Assembly (NCBI GenBank): GCA_016124645.1
Contig: WGNE01000017.1
Span: 9,431 to 73,430, forward strand
Length of the DNA: 64,000 nt
Source: Alphaproteobacteria bacterium
Lineage (GTDB): Bacteria; Pseudomonadota; Alphaproteobacteria; Micavibrionales; UBA2020
Direction: 5' to 3'
Part shown: one piece after another, positions 40,709 through 52,387 of the stretch
How positions within the stretch are numbered: the stretch's first letter is position 1
Layout of the letters: each line of letters opens with the position of its first letter
Translations under genes and position numbers: made by a program
The notes under the pieces: model-generated
Told to the model about the DNA's origin: nothing
Seen by the model: the letters and a program-made list of their open reading frames with translations, nothing else
Database searches by the model: none

Positions 40709-41752
40709 ATGGAATTCAGACAGCTTGGCAAATCGGGACTGAAGGTGCCGGTCCTCAGCCTTGGCACCGGAACCTTCGGCGGCTCGAACGAGTTTTTCAA
40801 AAAATGGGGCGCGACGGACGCGAAGGAGGCGACGCGCCTTGTGGACATCTGCCTTGAGGCGGGCGTCAATTTCTTCGACACGGCGGATATCTATTCGCAG
40901 GGCATGGCGGAAGAAGTCCTCGGCGCCGCGATCAAGGGCCGCCGCGACGACGTGCTGATCTCCACCAAGGCGACTTTCGCCACGGGCGAGGGGCCGAACG
41001 ACAAGGGCTCTTCGCGCTATCATCTCATCCGCGCGTGCGAGGCGAGCCTGAAACGCCTCGGCACCGACCATATCGACGTTTACTTCATGCACGGTTTCGA
41101 CGCGCTGACGCCGGTCGAGGAAACGCTCATGGCGCTCGACGATCTCGTGCGTTCGGGAAAGGTGCGTTATATCGGCTGCTCCAATTTTTCGGGCTGGCAT
41201 GTCATGAAATCGCTGGCGGCATCGGAAAAACACGGGCTGTCGCGCTATGTGAGCTATCAGGGCTATTACTCCCTCGTCGGCCGCGACTACGAGGAAGAGC
41301 TGATGCCGCTGGGGCTCGACCAGGGGCTCGGCCTCATGGTCTGGAGCCCGCTGGGCTGGGGCCGCCTGACCGGCAAGATCCGCCGCGGCCAGCCGCTGCC
41401 CGAGGGACGCATCAAGCAGGGCGGCGACGTCGGCGGCCCGCTCGTCGAGGATGAATATCTCTATGCCGTCGTGGACGCGCTGGACGAAGTGGCGAAGGAA
41501 ACGGAAAAGACCGTGCCGCAGGTGGCGCTCAACTGGCTGCTGCAGCGTCCCGGCGTTTCGAACGTCGTCGTCGGCGCGCGCAACGAGGAACAGCTGCGCC
41601 AGAACCTCGGCGCCGTGGGCTGGAACCTGACGGCGGCGCAGGTGGCGAAGCTGGATGCCGCCAGCGCCCGCCACCCCGTCTATCCCTACTGGCACCAGCG
41701 CGGTTTCGGCGAACGCAACCCGGCGCCCGTGCCGCTGGCGGAAGCGGCCTGA
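40709..41752 (+). CDS. Aldo/keto reductase
   Basis: LGTGTFG, DTADIY, STK, SLKRLGTDHID, GKVRYIGCSN, WSPL; AGGAGG RBS. Confidence 0.93.
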   Translation: MEFRQLGKSGLKVPVLSLGTGTFGGSNEFFKKWGATDAKEATRLVDICLEAGVNFFDTADIYSQGMAEEVLGAAIKGRRDDVLISTKATFATGEGPNDKGSSRYHLIRACEASLKRLGTDHIDVYFMHGFDALTPVEETLMALDDLVRSGKVRYIGCSNFSGWHVMKSLAASEKHGLSRYVSYQGYYSLVGRDYEEELMPLGLDQGLGLMVWSPLGWGRLTGKIRRGQPLPEGRIKQGGDVGGPLVEDEYLYAVVDALDEVAKETEKTVPQVALNWLLQRPGVSNVVVGARNEEQLRQNLGAVGWNLTAAQVAKLDAASARHPVYPYWHQRGFGERNPAPVPLAEAA

Positions 41753-41805
41753 AAACCCGCCTTTGCGTTTCTTTAAGTAAAAGAACCGCTTTTCGTGCGG
41801 GTTTT
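41752..41805 (+). terminator. Extended imperfect hairpin after the AKR gene, possible terminator
   Basis: aaaacccgc ... gcgggtttt outer arms with an inner gcgtttcttt/aaagaaccgc stem; abuts the FNR box. Confidence 0.45.
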
Positions 41806-41818
41806 TGACCTTCATCAA
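41805..41818. promoter_or_regulatory. FNR/FixK-type box upstream of atpD
   Basis: TTGACCTTCATCAA (TTGA-N6-TCAA); TATATT about 27 bp downstream. Confidence 0.75.
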
Positions 41819-41905
41819 GGATAGAAACCCCTCACATTTGCGAGTATATTCGATATGGCAGCCCGTTTTTCAGCGGGCGCGCGGGCAGGCGCGTGGATTG
41901 AATGA

Positions 41906-43710
<1,805 letters not shown>

Positions 43711-43711
43711 C

Positions 43712-43993
43712 ATGTCCGAGCAGGAAGAGCTGGAAAAACAGGTCGCGCGCCAGGCCGGGCGCATGAAGCAGGCGGAAAAAGACCGCCCGACGCTGCTGGC
43801 GCAGACCTCCTATATCGGCACGCTGGGCCTCGTCTTCGTGCTGCCGGTCATCGCCGGCGCCTATTTCGGCAACTGGCTGGATGAAAAATTCTCCGGCTAT
43901 TCGGTGCGCTGGACGCTGGGGTTTTTGCTGCTGGGCGCCATCTGCGGCGGGTTCAACGTCTATTTCCTGATCGGCAAGGGGGATAAATCATGA
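43712..43993 (+). CDS. atpQ: AtpQ/AtpZ-like 2-TM protein
   Basis: GTLGL.FVLP..GAYFG.WLD, two TM helices; position after atpC. Confidence 0.8.
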   Translation: MSEQEELEKQVARQAGRMKQAEKDRPTLLAQTSYIGTLGLVFVLPVIAGAYFGNWLDEKFSGYSVRWTLGFLLLGAICGGFNVYFLIGKGDKS

Positions 43994-44682
43994 CGGGTCA
44001 GGATACGGGCATTTCCGCGCATCTCGTCTGGCAGCTGGGGCCGGTGCATATCACCGATACGGTGGTGACGACATGGGGCATCATGCTTTTCATGCTCGTC
44101 GCGGGCCTGCTGCTCACCCGCAACCTCAAAGAGGAGCCGGGGCCGGTGCAGACCGCGATGGAAGGCGTCGTCACCGCGATCGAGAACGCGATCAAGGCCG
44201 TGATGCCCGAAGGTTCGCGCGCGATTCTGCCCTTTATTCTTTCGCTCTGGATATTCCTCGTCGTCGCCAACCTCGTGGGCGTCATTCCGGGGCTGCATTC
44301 GCCCACGCGCGATTTGTCCTGCACCACGGCGCTGGCCATACTCGTCTTTCTCTCCACGCATTGGTACGGCATCCGCATCGCGGGGCTGAAGAATTACCTG
44401 CATCATTACCTCACCCCCAGCCCCATCATGCTGCCCTTCGAGATCATCAGCGAAATCTCCCGCACCGTCGCGCTCGCCGTGCGCCTGTTCGGCAACATCA
44501 TGAGCATGGAGATGATCGCGCTTTTGCTGCTGATGATCGCGGGCTTTCTGGTGCCGGTGCCGATTTTGATGCTGCACATCGTCGAGGCGCTGTTGCAGGC
44601 CTATATCTTCGGCATGCTGGCGCTTATATATATTACCGGCGGCATACAGTCGCAGCAACTCAGTCAACAAAAAGAGGAGTAG
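43990..44682 (+). CDS. atpB: Fo subunit a
   Basis: SPTRDL, PFEIISEISRTVALAVRLFGNIM, LQAYIF. Confidence 0.93.
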   Translation: MTGQDTGISAHLVWQLGPVHITDTVVTTWGIMLFMLVAGLLLTRNLKEEPGPVQTAMEGVVTAIENAIKAVMPEGSRAILPFILSLWIFLVVANLVGVIPGLHSPTRDLSCTTALAILVFLSTHWYGIRIAGLKNYLHHYLTPSPIMLPFEIISEISRTVALAVRLFGNIMSMEMIALLLLMIAGFLVPVPILMLHIVEALLQAYIFGMLALIYITGGIQSQQLSQQKEE

Positions 44683-44689
44683 TCGCAAA

Positions 44690-44953
44690 ATGGAAATCCA
44701 CGGATTCGTAACGGCCTCGACGCTGGTGGCGGCCATCGCCATCGCCATCGGCGTGCTGGGGCCGGCGCTCGCCATGGGCAAGGCCATCAGCCAGGCACTC
44801 GACTCGCTGGCGCGCCAGCCGGAGGCGGAAAAATCCATCACCCGCACGCTGTTCATCGGCCTCGCGATGATCGAATCTCTCGCCATTTACTGTCTTGCGG
44901 TGGTGCTCATCATCCTGTTCCGCAACCCGCTGCTTGAATACATGCTGAAATAG
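44690..44953 (+). CDS. atpE: Fo subunit c
   Basis: GPALAMG..ARQPEA loop, GLAMIESLAIY. Confidence 0.93.
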   Translation: MEIHGFVTASTLVAAIAIAIGVLGPALAMGKAISQALDSLARQPEAEKSITRTLFIGLAMIESLAIYCLAVVLIILFRNPLLEYMLK

Positions 44954-44961
44954 GAAAAGCC

Positions 44962-45726
44962 ATGGATTTCGATTTATCGACATTCCTGCTGGAAATGTTC
45001 AACTTCCTCGTGCTGGTCTGGATATTGAAGCGGTTCTTCTACAAGCCGGTGCGCAAGGCCATCGACCAGCGGCAGCAGGCGATCGAGAAAAGCATCGCCG
45101 ACGCGAAGGGGACGCAGGCGCAGGCCGACGCGCTCAAGGCGCAGTACGAAGCGCGCCTGACCGACTGGGAAGACGAAAAGCGCGACGCGCGCCACAAGCT
45201 GCAGGAGGACATGGAGGCGGAAAAGACCCGCCAGATGGACGCGCTGAAAAAATCGCTCGACGCCGAACGCCAGCGCAGCGCCGTGCTGGACGCGCGCAAG
45301 CAGGAGGACGCCGCGCGCGAAAGCGAAGTGACCGCCCTCGCGCAGGCCGCCACTTTCGCCGCAGAGCTGCTGAAGCGCGTTTCCGGCCCCGGGCTCAACG
45401 AGAAACTGGCCGAAGCCTTCGTCGAAGACCTGAAAAACATGCCCGCCGACCAGAAAAAATCGCTGCAAAAAGTCTGCGCCGAAAACAAGACGGCCGAGGC
45501 GCTGACCGCCTATGCGCTGGAAAAGCCGCAGCAGGAGGCGGTGAAGAAAGCGCTTGCGGATCTCGCCGGGCACAAGATCGACTGCAGCTTCAAGGTGGAC
45601 GAAAAAGTCATCGCGGGCTTGCGCGTCAGCATCGGCTCCTACGCCCTGCAGGCCAGCGTGAAGGACGAGTTGCAGTTCTTCGCCCGCGCCGCGCAGGCGG
45701 CCATGCCGCAGGAGGACGCGGCGTAG
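44962..45726 (+). CDS. atpF: Fo subunit b fused to a delta-like C-terminal region
   Basis: FNFLVLVWILKRFFYKPV, long coiled coil, C-terminal VDEKVIAGLRV; 254 aa; no separate atpH. Confidence 0.88.
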   Translation: MDFDLSTFLLEMFNFLVLVWILKRFFYKPVRKAIDQRQQAIEKSIADAKGTQAQADALKAQYEARLTDWEDEKRDARHKLQEDMEAEKTRQMDALKKSLDAERQRSAVLDARKQEDAARESEVTALAQAATFAAELLKRVSGPGLNEKLAEAFVEDLKNMPADQKKSLQKVCAENKTAEALTAYALEKPQQEAVKKALADLAGHKIDCSFKVDEKVIAGLRVSIGSYALQASVKDELQFFARAAQAAMPQEDAA

Positions 45727-47226
45727 ATGGCGAAGCTTCTGGACAGGCAGGCCGACTGGCTGAAATCCTACAAGATGTCGCTGCGCGTGGCCGAGCAGGG
45801 GCGCGTCGCCTCCGTCGGCGACGGCATCGCATGGGTCGAAGGCCTGCCCTCCGCCGCGGTGGACGACGTGCTGAGCTTCGCCGACGGCAGCCGCGCCGTG
45901 GTCTTCGACCTCGCGGCGGAGCGCATCGGCGCGGTCATGCTGCATCAGACCGAAAACCTTTGCGCCGGCACGCCCGCCATGCTTTCCGTCGGCCAACTCA
46001 GCATTCCCGCGGGCGACCAGATGCTGGGGCGTGTGGTCGATCCGCTGGGCTTCCCGCTCGACGGCCGCCCGCTGGAGCGCGGCACGAGCCTGCAACGGCT
46101 CGACGTTCTCTCCCCGCCCATCATCGCGCGCGACTACGTGAAGGAGCCGCTCTACAGCGGCATCCGCATCCTCGATACCATGATCCCGATGGGCAAGGGC
46201 CAGCGCCAGCTGATCATCGGCGACATGGGGCTGGGGCGCAGCTCCATCGCGCTCGATACCGTCATCAACCAGCGCGGCAAGAACGTGAACTGCGTCTATG
46301 TGCTCGTCGCGCAAAAACGCTCCACCGTCATCAACACCCTCGATCTCTTGCGCGACAACGGCGCGCTGGAATACACCACGCTGGTGGTGGGCGAGGCGAA
46401 CGCGCTGCCCGGCCTCGTCTATCTCGCCCCCTTCGCGGGCGCGGCGCTGGCCGAGGGCTGGATGGCGCAGGGCAAGGACACGCTGGTGGTCTATGACGAC
46501 CTGACCGCCCATGCGGAAACCTACCGCGCGCTTTCCCTTTTGTTGCGCCGCCCGCCGGGGCGCGAGGCGTACCCGGGCGACATCTTCTACCTCCACTCGC
46601 GCCTGCTGGAGCGCGCCACCTGCCTTTCGCGCGAGAGGGGCGGGGGCAGCATGACGGCGCTGCCCATCGTCGAGACGCGGCAGGGCGAGATCGCGGCCTA
46701 TATCCCGACCAACCTCATTTCCATCACCGACGGGCAGATATATCTCGATCAGGACCTGTTCGCCTCCGGCTTCCGCCCCGCCATTGACATCGCGCGATCC
46801 GTCTCGCGCATCGGCGGCAAGGCGCAGCATGAAAGCGTGCGCAGGGAAGCGGGGCGCATGAAGCTGGATTACCTGCAGTTCCTCGAACTCGAGGTCTTCA
46901 CCCGCTTCGGCACCAAGCTGGACAAGGCGATGGAAGAGAAAATCCACCACGGCCGCGCCCTGCGCGAGGTGCTGAAGCAGGACCGGCTGCACCCGCTGCC
47001 CATCACCTGCCAGATGGCCTGGATGATTGCCTTCAACGAGCGCTTGTTCGACAAGCTGGATCCCGCCGATATCCCGAAGGCTCTGGCGACGCTTGAAACG
47101 AAAGCCGCCGCCAGCGAATTCACGCTCGACGACCCGCGCGAGCAATGGGTGAAGGCGGTCGAGGGCTGGCTGGCCGAATGGCTGCCGAAAGAAGACGCAA
47201 AGCCGGAAGCGGGACAAGCCGCATGA
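45727..47226 (+). CDS. atpA: F1 alpha subunit
   Basis: [46 protein letters not shown]. Confidence 0.94.
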   Translation: MAKLLDRQADWLKSYKMSLRVAEQGRVASVGDGIAWVEGLPSAAVDDVLSFADGSRAVVFDLAAERIGAVMLHQTENLCAGTPAMLSVGQLSIPAGDQMLGRVVDPLGFPLDGRPLERGTSLQRLDVLSPPIIARDYVKEPLYSGIRILDTMIPMGKGQRQLIIGDMGLGRSSIALDTVINQRGKNVNCVYVLVAQKRSTVINTLDLLRDNGALEYTTLVVGEANALPGLVYLAPFAGAALAEGWMAQGKDTLVVYDDLTAHAETYRALSLLLRRPPGREAYPGDIFYLHSRLLERATCLSRERGGGSMTALPIVETRQGEIAAYIPTNLISITDGQIYLDQDLFASGFRPAIDIARSVSRIGGKAQHESVRREAGRMKLDYLQFLELEVFTRFGTKLDKAMEEKIHHGRALREVLKQDRLHPLPITCQMAWMIAFNERLFDKLDPADIPKALATLETKAAASEFTLDDPREQWVKAVEGWLAEWLPKEDAKPEAGQAA

Positions 47227-48071
47227 GCCGCCGCCGCGAAGTTCTGGGCCGCTTGAAGACCCTGCGCGAGATCAGCAGCATCATGAATTCGCTGAAGAAC
47301 ATCTCCATGATGGAAACGCGCAAGATCACGCGGTTTTTGTCCAGCCAGCAGCAGGTGGTGGCGAATATCGAGGCCGCGGCGGGCGATTTCCTGCACTTTT
47401 ATCCCGCCCTGCGCCCCGCGCCCGACCACGCCGCGCGGGTCTGGCTGCTCATCGGCTCCGAGCGCGGGTTCTGCGGCGACTTCAACCAGTCCCTGCTGGC
47501 GGATTTCGAGCGGCGCGTGCCGCCCGAAGCGCGGGAAAACGGCCATATCATCGCCGTCGGGCGCAAGCTCTGCCTTGAGGTGGAGCATAAATACCCGGAC
47601 GCGGCTCTTTTCGACGGACCGGGCGTGGCGGACGAGGTGCATGGGATGCTCTCCTCCCTCGTCGGCGCGCTCGATAAAATGCGCGAGGAACGTGGTGCCT
47701 GCGCGCTGGTCATGCTGCACAAGGTGGAAGGGCAGGACGGCGCGCGCGCCACGCCCCTGCTGCCGCCTTTCGAGGGCAGGGAGACGGATGGAAAAGCGGG
47801 CGGCGCGGGTTTCGCCTTTCCGCCGCGCCTGACGCTGGAGCCGGAGGTTTTCTTCACCGAGCTGGTGCGGCACTATCTTTTCGCCGCGCTGCACGCGGGC
47901 TTTTTCACCTCGCTGATGGCCGAGCACCAGCAGCGCGTCAAGCATCTCGAAAACGCGACGCGCAGGCTGGACGAGCAGGCGGCGGGACTGCTGCAGAAAA
48001 GCAACGTGCTGCGGCAAGAGGAAATCACCGAGGAAATCGAGGAAATCATGCTGGGATCGACCGGTCTTTAG
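47223..48071 (+). CDS. atpG: F1 gamma subunit
   Basis: [31 protein letters not shown]; ATGA overlap with atpA. Confidence 0.9.
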   Translation: MSRRREVLGRLKTLREISSIMNSLKNISMMETRKITRFLSSQQQVVANIEAAAGDFLHFYPALRPAPDHAARVWLLIGSERGFCGDFNQSLLADFERRVPPEARENGHIIAVGRKLCLEVEHKYPDAALFDGPGVADEVHGMLSSLVGALDKMREERGACALVMLHKVEGQDGARATPLLPPFEGRETDGKAGGAGFAFPPRLTLEPEVFFTELVRHYLFAALHAGFFTSLMAEHQQRVKHLENATRRLDEQAAGLLQKSNVLRQEEITEEIEEIMLGSTGL

Positions 48072-48091
48072 CGGCCTACAGGGGGATGTGA

Positions 48092-49498
48092 ATGAACGAC
48101 GACATGCTGGAAAACGTCACTTTCGACGAATTGAAGATCGGCCGCAAGGCCAGCCTCACACGCACGCTGACGCAAAAGGACATCGACCTTTTCGCCGCCG
48201 TCTCCGGCGACGTCAACCCCGCGCATATGGACCCGGAATACGCGAAGAACGACGCTTTCCACGGCGTCATCGGCCACGGCATGTGGCCGGGCGCGCTGAT
48301 CTCGAGCGTGCTGGGCACGATCCTGCCGGGGCCGGGCACGATCTACCTCGAGCAGGACATCCGCTTCAAAAAGCCTGTGCGCATCGGCGACCGGCTGACG
48401 GTTTCCGTCACCGTCGCGAAAAAACGCGAGGACAAGCCCGTCGTCACCCTCGACTGCCTCTGCGTGAACGAGAACGGCGAGACGGTGGTGGAGGGCAAGG
48501 CAGTGGTGCTGGCGCCGGTGAAGAAGGTCACGGTCATGCGCCACGCCCTGCCGGACGTCGAGATCCAGACCCACGACTTTTACCGCGACATCATCGACCA
48601 GGCGCAGAAGATGCAGTCCGTGCGCACGGCCATCGTGCATCCGGTGCATGAAAACGTCATCCGCGCGGCGGTCGAGGCGGCGGAGGAAAACCTCATCGTG
48701 CCGGTTCTGGTCGGCCCGCGCGCCCGCATCGAGGAAGCGGCGAAGGCGGCCGGGGCCGATATTTCCGGCTGGGAGCTGGTGGAGACGGAGCACAGCGACG
48801 CCGCCGCCGTGAAAGCCGTCGAGATGGCGGCGGCGGGGGACGTTGACGCGCTGATGAAGGGCGCGCTGCATACGGACGAGCTGATGGCCGCCGTGGCCCC
48901 GCACGAGGCGGGGCTACGCACCAAATACCGCATGAGCCACGTCTTCGTCATGTCGGTGCCGGGCTACGCCAAGCCCTTGATGGTGACGGACGCGGCGATC
49001 AACATCGCGCCCGACCTTGCGGCCAAGGCCGACATCTGCCAGAACGCCATCAACCTCTGGCGCGTGCTTTTCGGCGGGGAGCGGCAGCCCAAGGTCGCGA
49101 TACTGGCCGCGACGGAAACCGTGAACGCCAAGATGCAGGTGACGGTGGATGCCGCAGCCCTGTGCAAAATGGCCGACCGCGGGCAGATCACCGGCGGGTT
49201 GCTTGACGGCCCGCTGGCCTTCGACAACGCCATCAGCCCCGCGGCGGCGAAGGAAAAGGGCATCGTCTCCGCCGTGGCGGGCGACGCGGACATCCTGCTG
49301 GTGCCGGAAATCGAGTCGGGCAATATGCTGGCCAAGCAGCTCGCCTTCCTCGGCAACGCGGATTCGGCGGGCATCGTGCTGGGCGCGCGGGTGCCGATCA
49401 TCCTGACCAGCCGGGCGGACAACCTGCGCTCGCGCCTCATGTCCTGCGCGCTGGCGGTCAAGATGGCTTCGGCGCGGCGCGAGGGGAAGGTGAAATGA
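48092..49498 (+). CDS. Bifunctional (R)-enoyl-CoA hydratase (MaoC/PhaJ) - phosphate acyltransferase (Ptb-type)
   Basis: SGDVNPAH hydratase motif and LPGPGTIY in the N-domain; LMKGALHT, DGPLAFDNA, GNMLAK, PIILTSRAD in the C-domain. Confidence 0.92.
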   Translation: MNDDMLENVTFDELKIGRKASLTRTLTQKDIDLFAAVSGDVNPAHMDPEYAKNDAFHGVIGHGMWPGALISSVLGTILPGPGTIYLEQDIRFKKPVRIGDRLTVSVTVAKKREDKPVVTLDCLCVNENGETVVEGKAVVLAPVKKVTVMRHALPDVEIQTHDFYRDIIDQAQKMQSVRTAIVHPVHENVIRAAVEAAEENLIVPVLVGPRARIEEAAKAAGADISGWELVETEHSDAAAVKAVEMAAAGDVDALMKGALHTDELMAAVAPHEAGLRTKYRMSHVFVMSVPGYAKPLMVTDAAINIAPDLAAKADICQNAINLWRVLFGGERQPKVAILAATETVNAKMQVTVDAAALCKMADRGQITGGLLDGPLAFDNAISPAAAKEKGIVSAVAGDADILLVPEIESGNMLAKQLAFLGNADSAGIVLGARVPIILTSRADNLRSRLMSCALAVKMASARREGKVK

Positions 49499-50601
49499 GG
49501 GATTGCATCATCGTCGTCAATGCGGGTTCCTCCAGCGTCAAGTTCAGCCTTTTCTCGAAAACGGAAAAGCTGGATCTTCTCGCCACGGGCAAGGTCGCCG
49601 ACATCGGCGACGCGCCGGTCTTCAGCGCGACATCCGCCGAGACGGAGCGGGAAACGCGTGAAAGCCTGCCCGCCGCCAGCACGCACGAGCAGGCGTTGCG
49701 GCATATATTGCAGTACATAGAGGCGCAAAAACACGGCGCGGTTTCCCTTGCCGCGCACCGCATCGTGCACGGCGGCACGGTTTTCGCGAAACCGTGCGCG
49801 ATCACGCCGGAGGTGCTGGAACAGTTGCGCGCGCTGGTTCCGCTGGCCCCGCTGCACCAGCCGCATAACATCGCGGCGGTGGAGATACTGGGCAGGCTGA
49901 TGCCGGACATGCCGCAAATCGCCTGTTTCGACACCGGCTTTCACGCCGGGCGCTCCGCGCTTTTCGACAGCTACGCCGTGCCGGAAAGCCTGCGGGAAAA
50001 GGGCATCCGGCGTTACGGCTTTCACGGTTTGTCTTACGAGTGGATCGCGCAGGCGCTGGCGCGCGACTATCCCGCGCTCGCGAAGGGCAGGGTGGTCGCG
50101 GCGCATCTGGGCAACGGCGCGAGCCTTTGCGCCATGAAGGACGGCAAAAGCGTCGATACCACCATGGGCATGACCGCGCTGGAAGGCCTGCCCATGGGCA
50201 CGCGCAGCGGCAGCATCGACCCCGGCGCGGTCGTCTTCATGCTGCGCGAACTGGGCATGAGCGCGGATGAAGCGGAACACGCGCTCTATCACGATTGCGG
50301 GTTGCTGGGGCTTTCCGGCCTGTCGAACGACGTGAAGAAACTGCTGGAGGACGGCGGGGAAAGGCCGCGCTTCGCGCTCGATTATTTCAGCCTGAAAACC
50401 GCGCAGTTCATTTGCGCCATGGCGGCTTCGCTGGGCGGGCTGGAAACGCTGGTCTTCACCGGCGGCATCGGCGAGAACGCGGCGCCGGTGCGCGACGCCA
50501 TCCTGCGCCGCCTGTCCTTCCTGCCCTCCTTCGAGATGCTGGTCATCCCCGCCAACGAGGAGCGGGTGATGGCGCAGCACGCGCTGGCAAACGTAAAATA
50601 G
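49495..50601 (+). CDS. ackA: Acetate/propionate family kinase
   Basis: NAGSSSVK, HRIVHGG, PLAPLHQP, FDTGFH, RYGFHGLSY, HLGNGAS, FTGGIGEN, ANEE. Confidence 0.93.
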   Translation: MRDCIIVVNAGSSSVKFSLFSKTEKLDLLATGKVADIGDAPVFSATSAETERETRESLPAASTHEQALRHILQYIEAQKHGAVSLAAHRIVHGGTVFAKPCAITPEVLEQLRALVPLAPLHQPHNIAAVEILGRLMPDMPQIACFDTGFHAGRSALFDSYAVPESLREKGIRRYGFHGLSYEWIAQALARDYPALAKGRVVAAHLGNGASLCAMKDGKSVDTTMGMTALEGLPMGTRSGSIDPGAVVFMLRELGMSADEAEHALYHDCGLLGLSGLSNDVKKLLEDGGERPRFALDYFSLKTAQFICAMAASLGGLETLVFTGGIGENAAPVRDAILRRLSFLPSFEMLVIPANEERVMAQHALANVK

Positions 50602-50603
50602 CC

Positions 50604-51266
50604 TTACCCCTGCCGGGCAGACCTTAAGATTGCGGAGACGGCATCTTCAGTTTGTGATTGGGCATTTAAATGGAATTCGCAATATGGGGCTCTGCTTTTT
50701 TTAAGGCTTATTTTTTGGTATGGATGGCGAGTTTGATCTGCCTTCACTGATACCAAAAATTGCTTGTTTCGATTTTGGATTGTAATTGCCAAAAAGTTAT
50801 TTGGGCTGGTTGTCCATTTCCTTCCCTTGCCTTCAATAAGCTTGTCCTTATGTTCTTTTCTAACAGTGCACAGGACTTGTTGGACAAGCCTGATCATATC
50901 GTTTGGCATTTTTTCTGATATACAGGCTTCAATGAATGGTTGGTCGAGGGATGAAGCTATCCCCAAGTCTGGAGCTTCGTGTTTTTCATTTTCTGTCCTT
51001 AAAGATTGCGGCTCGCTCCCAAGGTCAACAATTACCGATTGGTGTTGCATACCAATGTTGAAGGGAAAAATGGAGTCGACTGGGATGGAGAGCGTCTGTT
51101 TTGTAGAGTCATATTGTGGGTTATTGACGCCAATGACGCTCCTATTACCTTTTGTAAGTATGTGGCCTTTTGCAAAATGTCGCACTTCTGATTGAGTCAG
51201 ACTGACAATCCATGTTCCTGGTCCGACAGGCAAAACTTGGGAAAAAGTAATCATAATCACGCGCAT
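50604..51266 (-). CDS. Hypothetical protein in a low-GC insert
   Basis: 220-aa ORF in visibly AT-rich DNA; TAGGAG just before the first ATG (short spacing; Met5 is an alternative start); C-terminal region reminiscent of DUF5655-like domains (unverified). Confidence 0.6.
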   Translation of the reverse strand: MRVIMITFSQVLPVGPGTWIVSLTQSEVRHFAKGHILTKGNRSVIGVNNPQYDSTKQTLSIPVDSIFPFNIGMQHQSVIVDLGSEPQSLRTENEKHEAPDLGIASSLDQPFIEACISEKMPNDMIRLVQQVLCTVRKEHKDKLIEGKGRKWTTSPNNFLAITIQNRNKQFLVSVKADQTRHPYQKISLKKSRAPYCEFHLNAQSQTEDAVSAILRSARQG

Positions 51267-51436
51267 CTCCTAATTTTTCAGTAAAACTCTGAATAATAAT
51301 ACTGAAATTATACTGAAAGGGCAATGGCTAAACTATTTAAAATATTTCAATTATTTGAGGCGTAAGGCTTGCTAGTTTTGCGTCTTCTCAGATTTTTTTT
51401 CAGCCCTCTTAATTGTGAGCGCATTTCAGATGTTGC

Positions 51437-51450
51437 TTGATGTTGGTCAA
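51437..51450. promoter_or_regulatory. FNR/FixK-type box
   Basis: TTGATGTTGGTCAA in the divergent region between the orphan gene and the Crp/Fnr gene. Confidence 0.7.
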
Positions 51451-51463
51451 GGCGAGGGTCGTG

Positions 51464-51487
51464 TAATACGAATAAAGCTTCGTATTA
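51464..51487. promoter_or_regulatory. Perfect 9-bp inverted repeat, candidate operator
   Basis: TAATACGAA-TAAAGC-TTCGTATTA. Confidence 0.45.
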
Positions 51488-51598
51488 AGTATTTGTAATT
51501 CTTTAATATCCTCCCGGCGCGCATCATTTTAGCCGCATGCCGGACTTGTCTAAAAGCCGGATACGGCTAGAATACGCGCCGAAGGATATTGCATTGCG

Positions 51599-52387
51599 AT
51601 GAAAGCGACCGATCACCATACCGGACAGTTTTTGAGCGGCCTGCCGTTTTTCACCCGGCTGCCGGAAGAGGATATCGACGGCTTCCTGAAGGCGGGCGCC
51701 CTGCACGCCTATGATAAAAACGACAAGCTTTTCCTGCGCGGCGATGCGGCCGACAGGTTCTTCGTCATCGTCAACGGCTGGGTCAAGCTGTTCCGTGAAA
51801 CGCCCGAGGGCGAGGAGGCCGTCGTGGCGCTCTTCACCCGCGGCGACGTTTTCGGCGAGGCCGCGATTTTCGGCGGGGCGGATTACCCGTTCTCCGCCGC
51901 CGCGGTCGAGAAAAGCCGGCTGCTGGAAATTCCCGCCGCCGTTCTCAAAGACGCGGCGCGCGCCAATCCCGACATCATGCAGCGCGTCATGGCCTCCATG
52001 TCGCGCGAAATGCACCAGTTGCAGATGGAAACCGAGCACCTATCGCTCATGAGCGCGCCGCAGCGCGTGGGCTGCCTTATCCTGCAGCTTTCCTCCGGCA
52101 TGATCGGCAAGGGCGGCACCTTCACCCTTCCTTACGACAAGTCGCTGGCCGCCCAGCGCCTCGGCATGAAGCCGGAAACCTTTTCGCGCGCGCTGGCGCA
52201 GCTGAAACCCGCGGGGGTCAGCGTCAGCGGCTCGGAAATCAGCGTGGAAAGCTTCGATGCCCTCATCGCCTTCAGCTGCAGCCATTGCTCTTCCCTGCCC
52301 GGCGAATGCAAGGGCAGCCGCACGGAAGGGGGCTGCGTGCCCTCCGCCGCCTGCATCGGCCACAGGGCGAAAATCAACGAGGAATGA
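51599..52387 (+). CDS. Crp/Fnr family transcriptional regulator with C-terminal Cys cluster
   Basis: cNMP-binding-like domain (GWVKLFR, GDVFGEAA), HTH LGMKPETFSRAL (E..SR), C-terminal Cx2Cx6Cx8Cx5C. Confidence 0.92.
   Translation: MKATDHHTGQFLSGLPFFTRLPEEDIDGFLKAGALHAYDKNDKLFLRGDAADRFFVIVNGWVKLFRETPEGEEAVVALFTRGDVFGEAAIFGGADYPFSAAAVEKSRLLEIPAAVLKDAARANPDIMQRVMASMSREMHQLQMETEHLSLMSAPQRVGCLILQLSSGMIGKGGTFTLPYDKSLAAQRLGMKPETFSRALAQLKPAGVSVSGSEISVESFDALIAFSCSHCSSLPGECKGSRTEGGCVPSAACIGHRAKINEE

Noticed and set aside
50602-51520. Low-GC segment as an IS or other mobile element
   Set aside because: No transposase, integrase, terminal inverted repeats or target-site duplication is visible.
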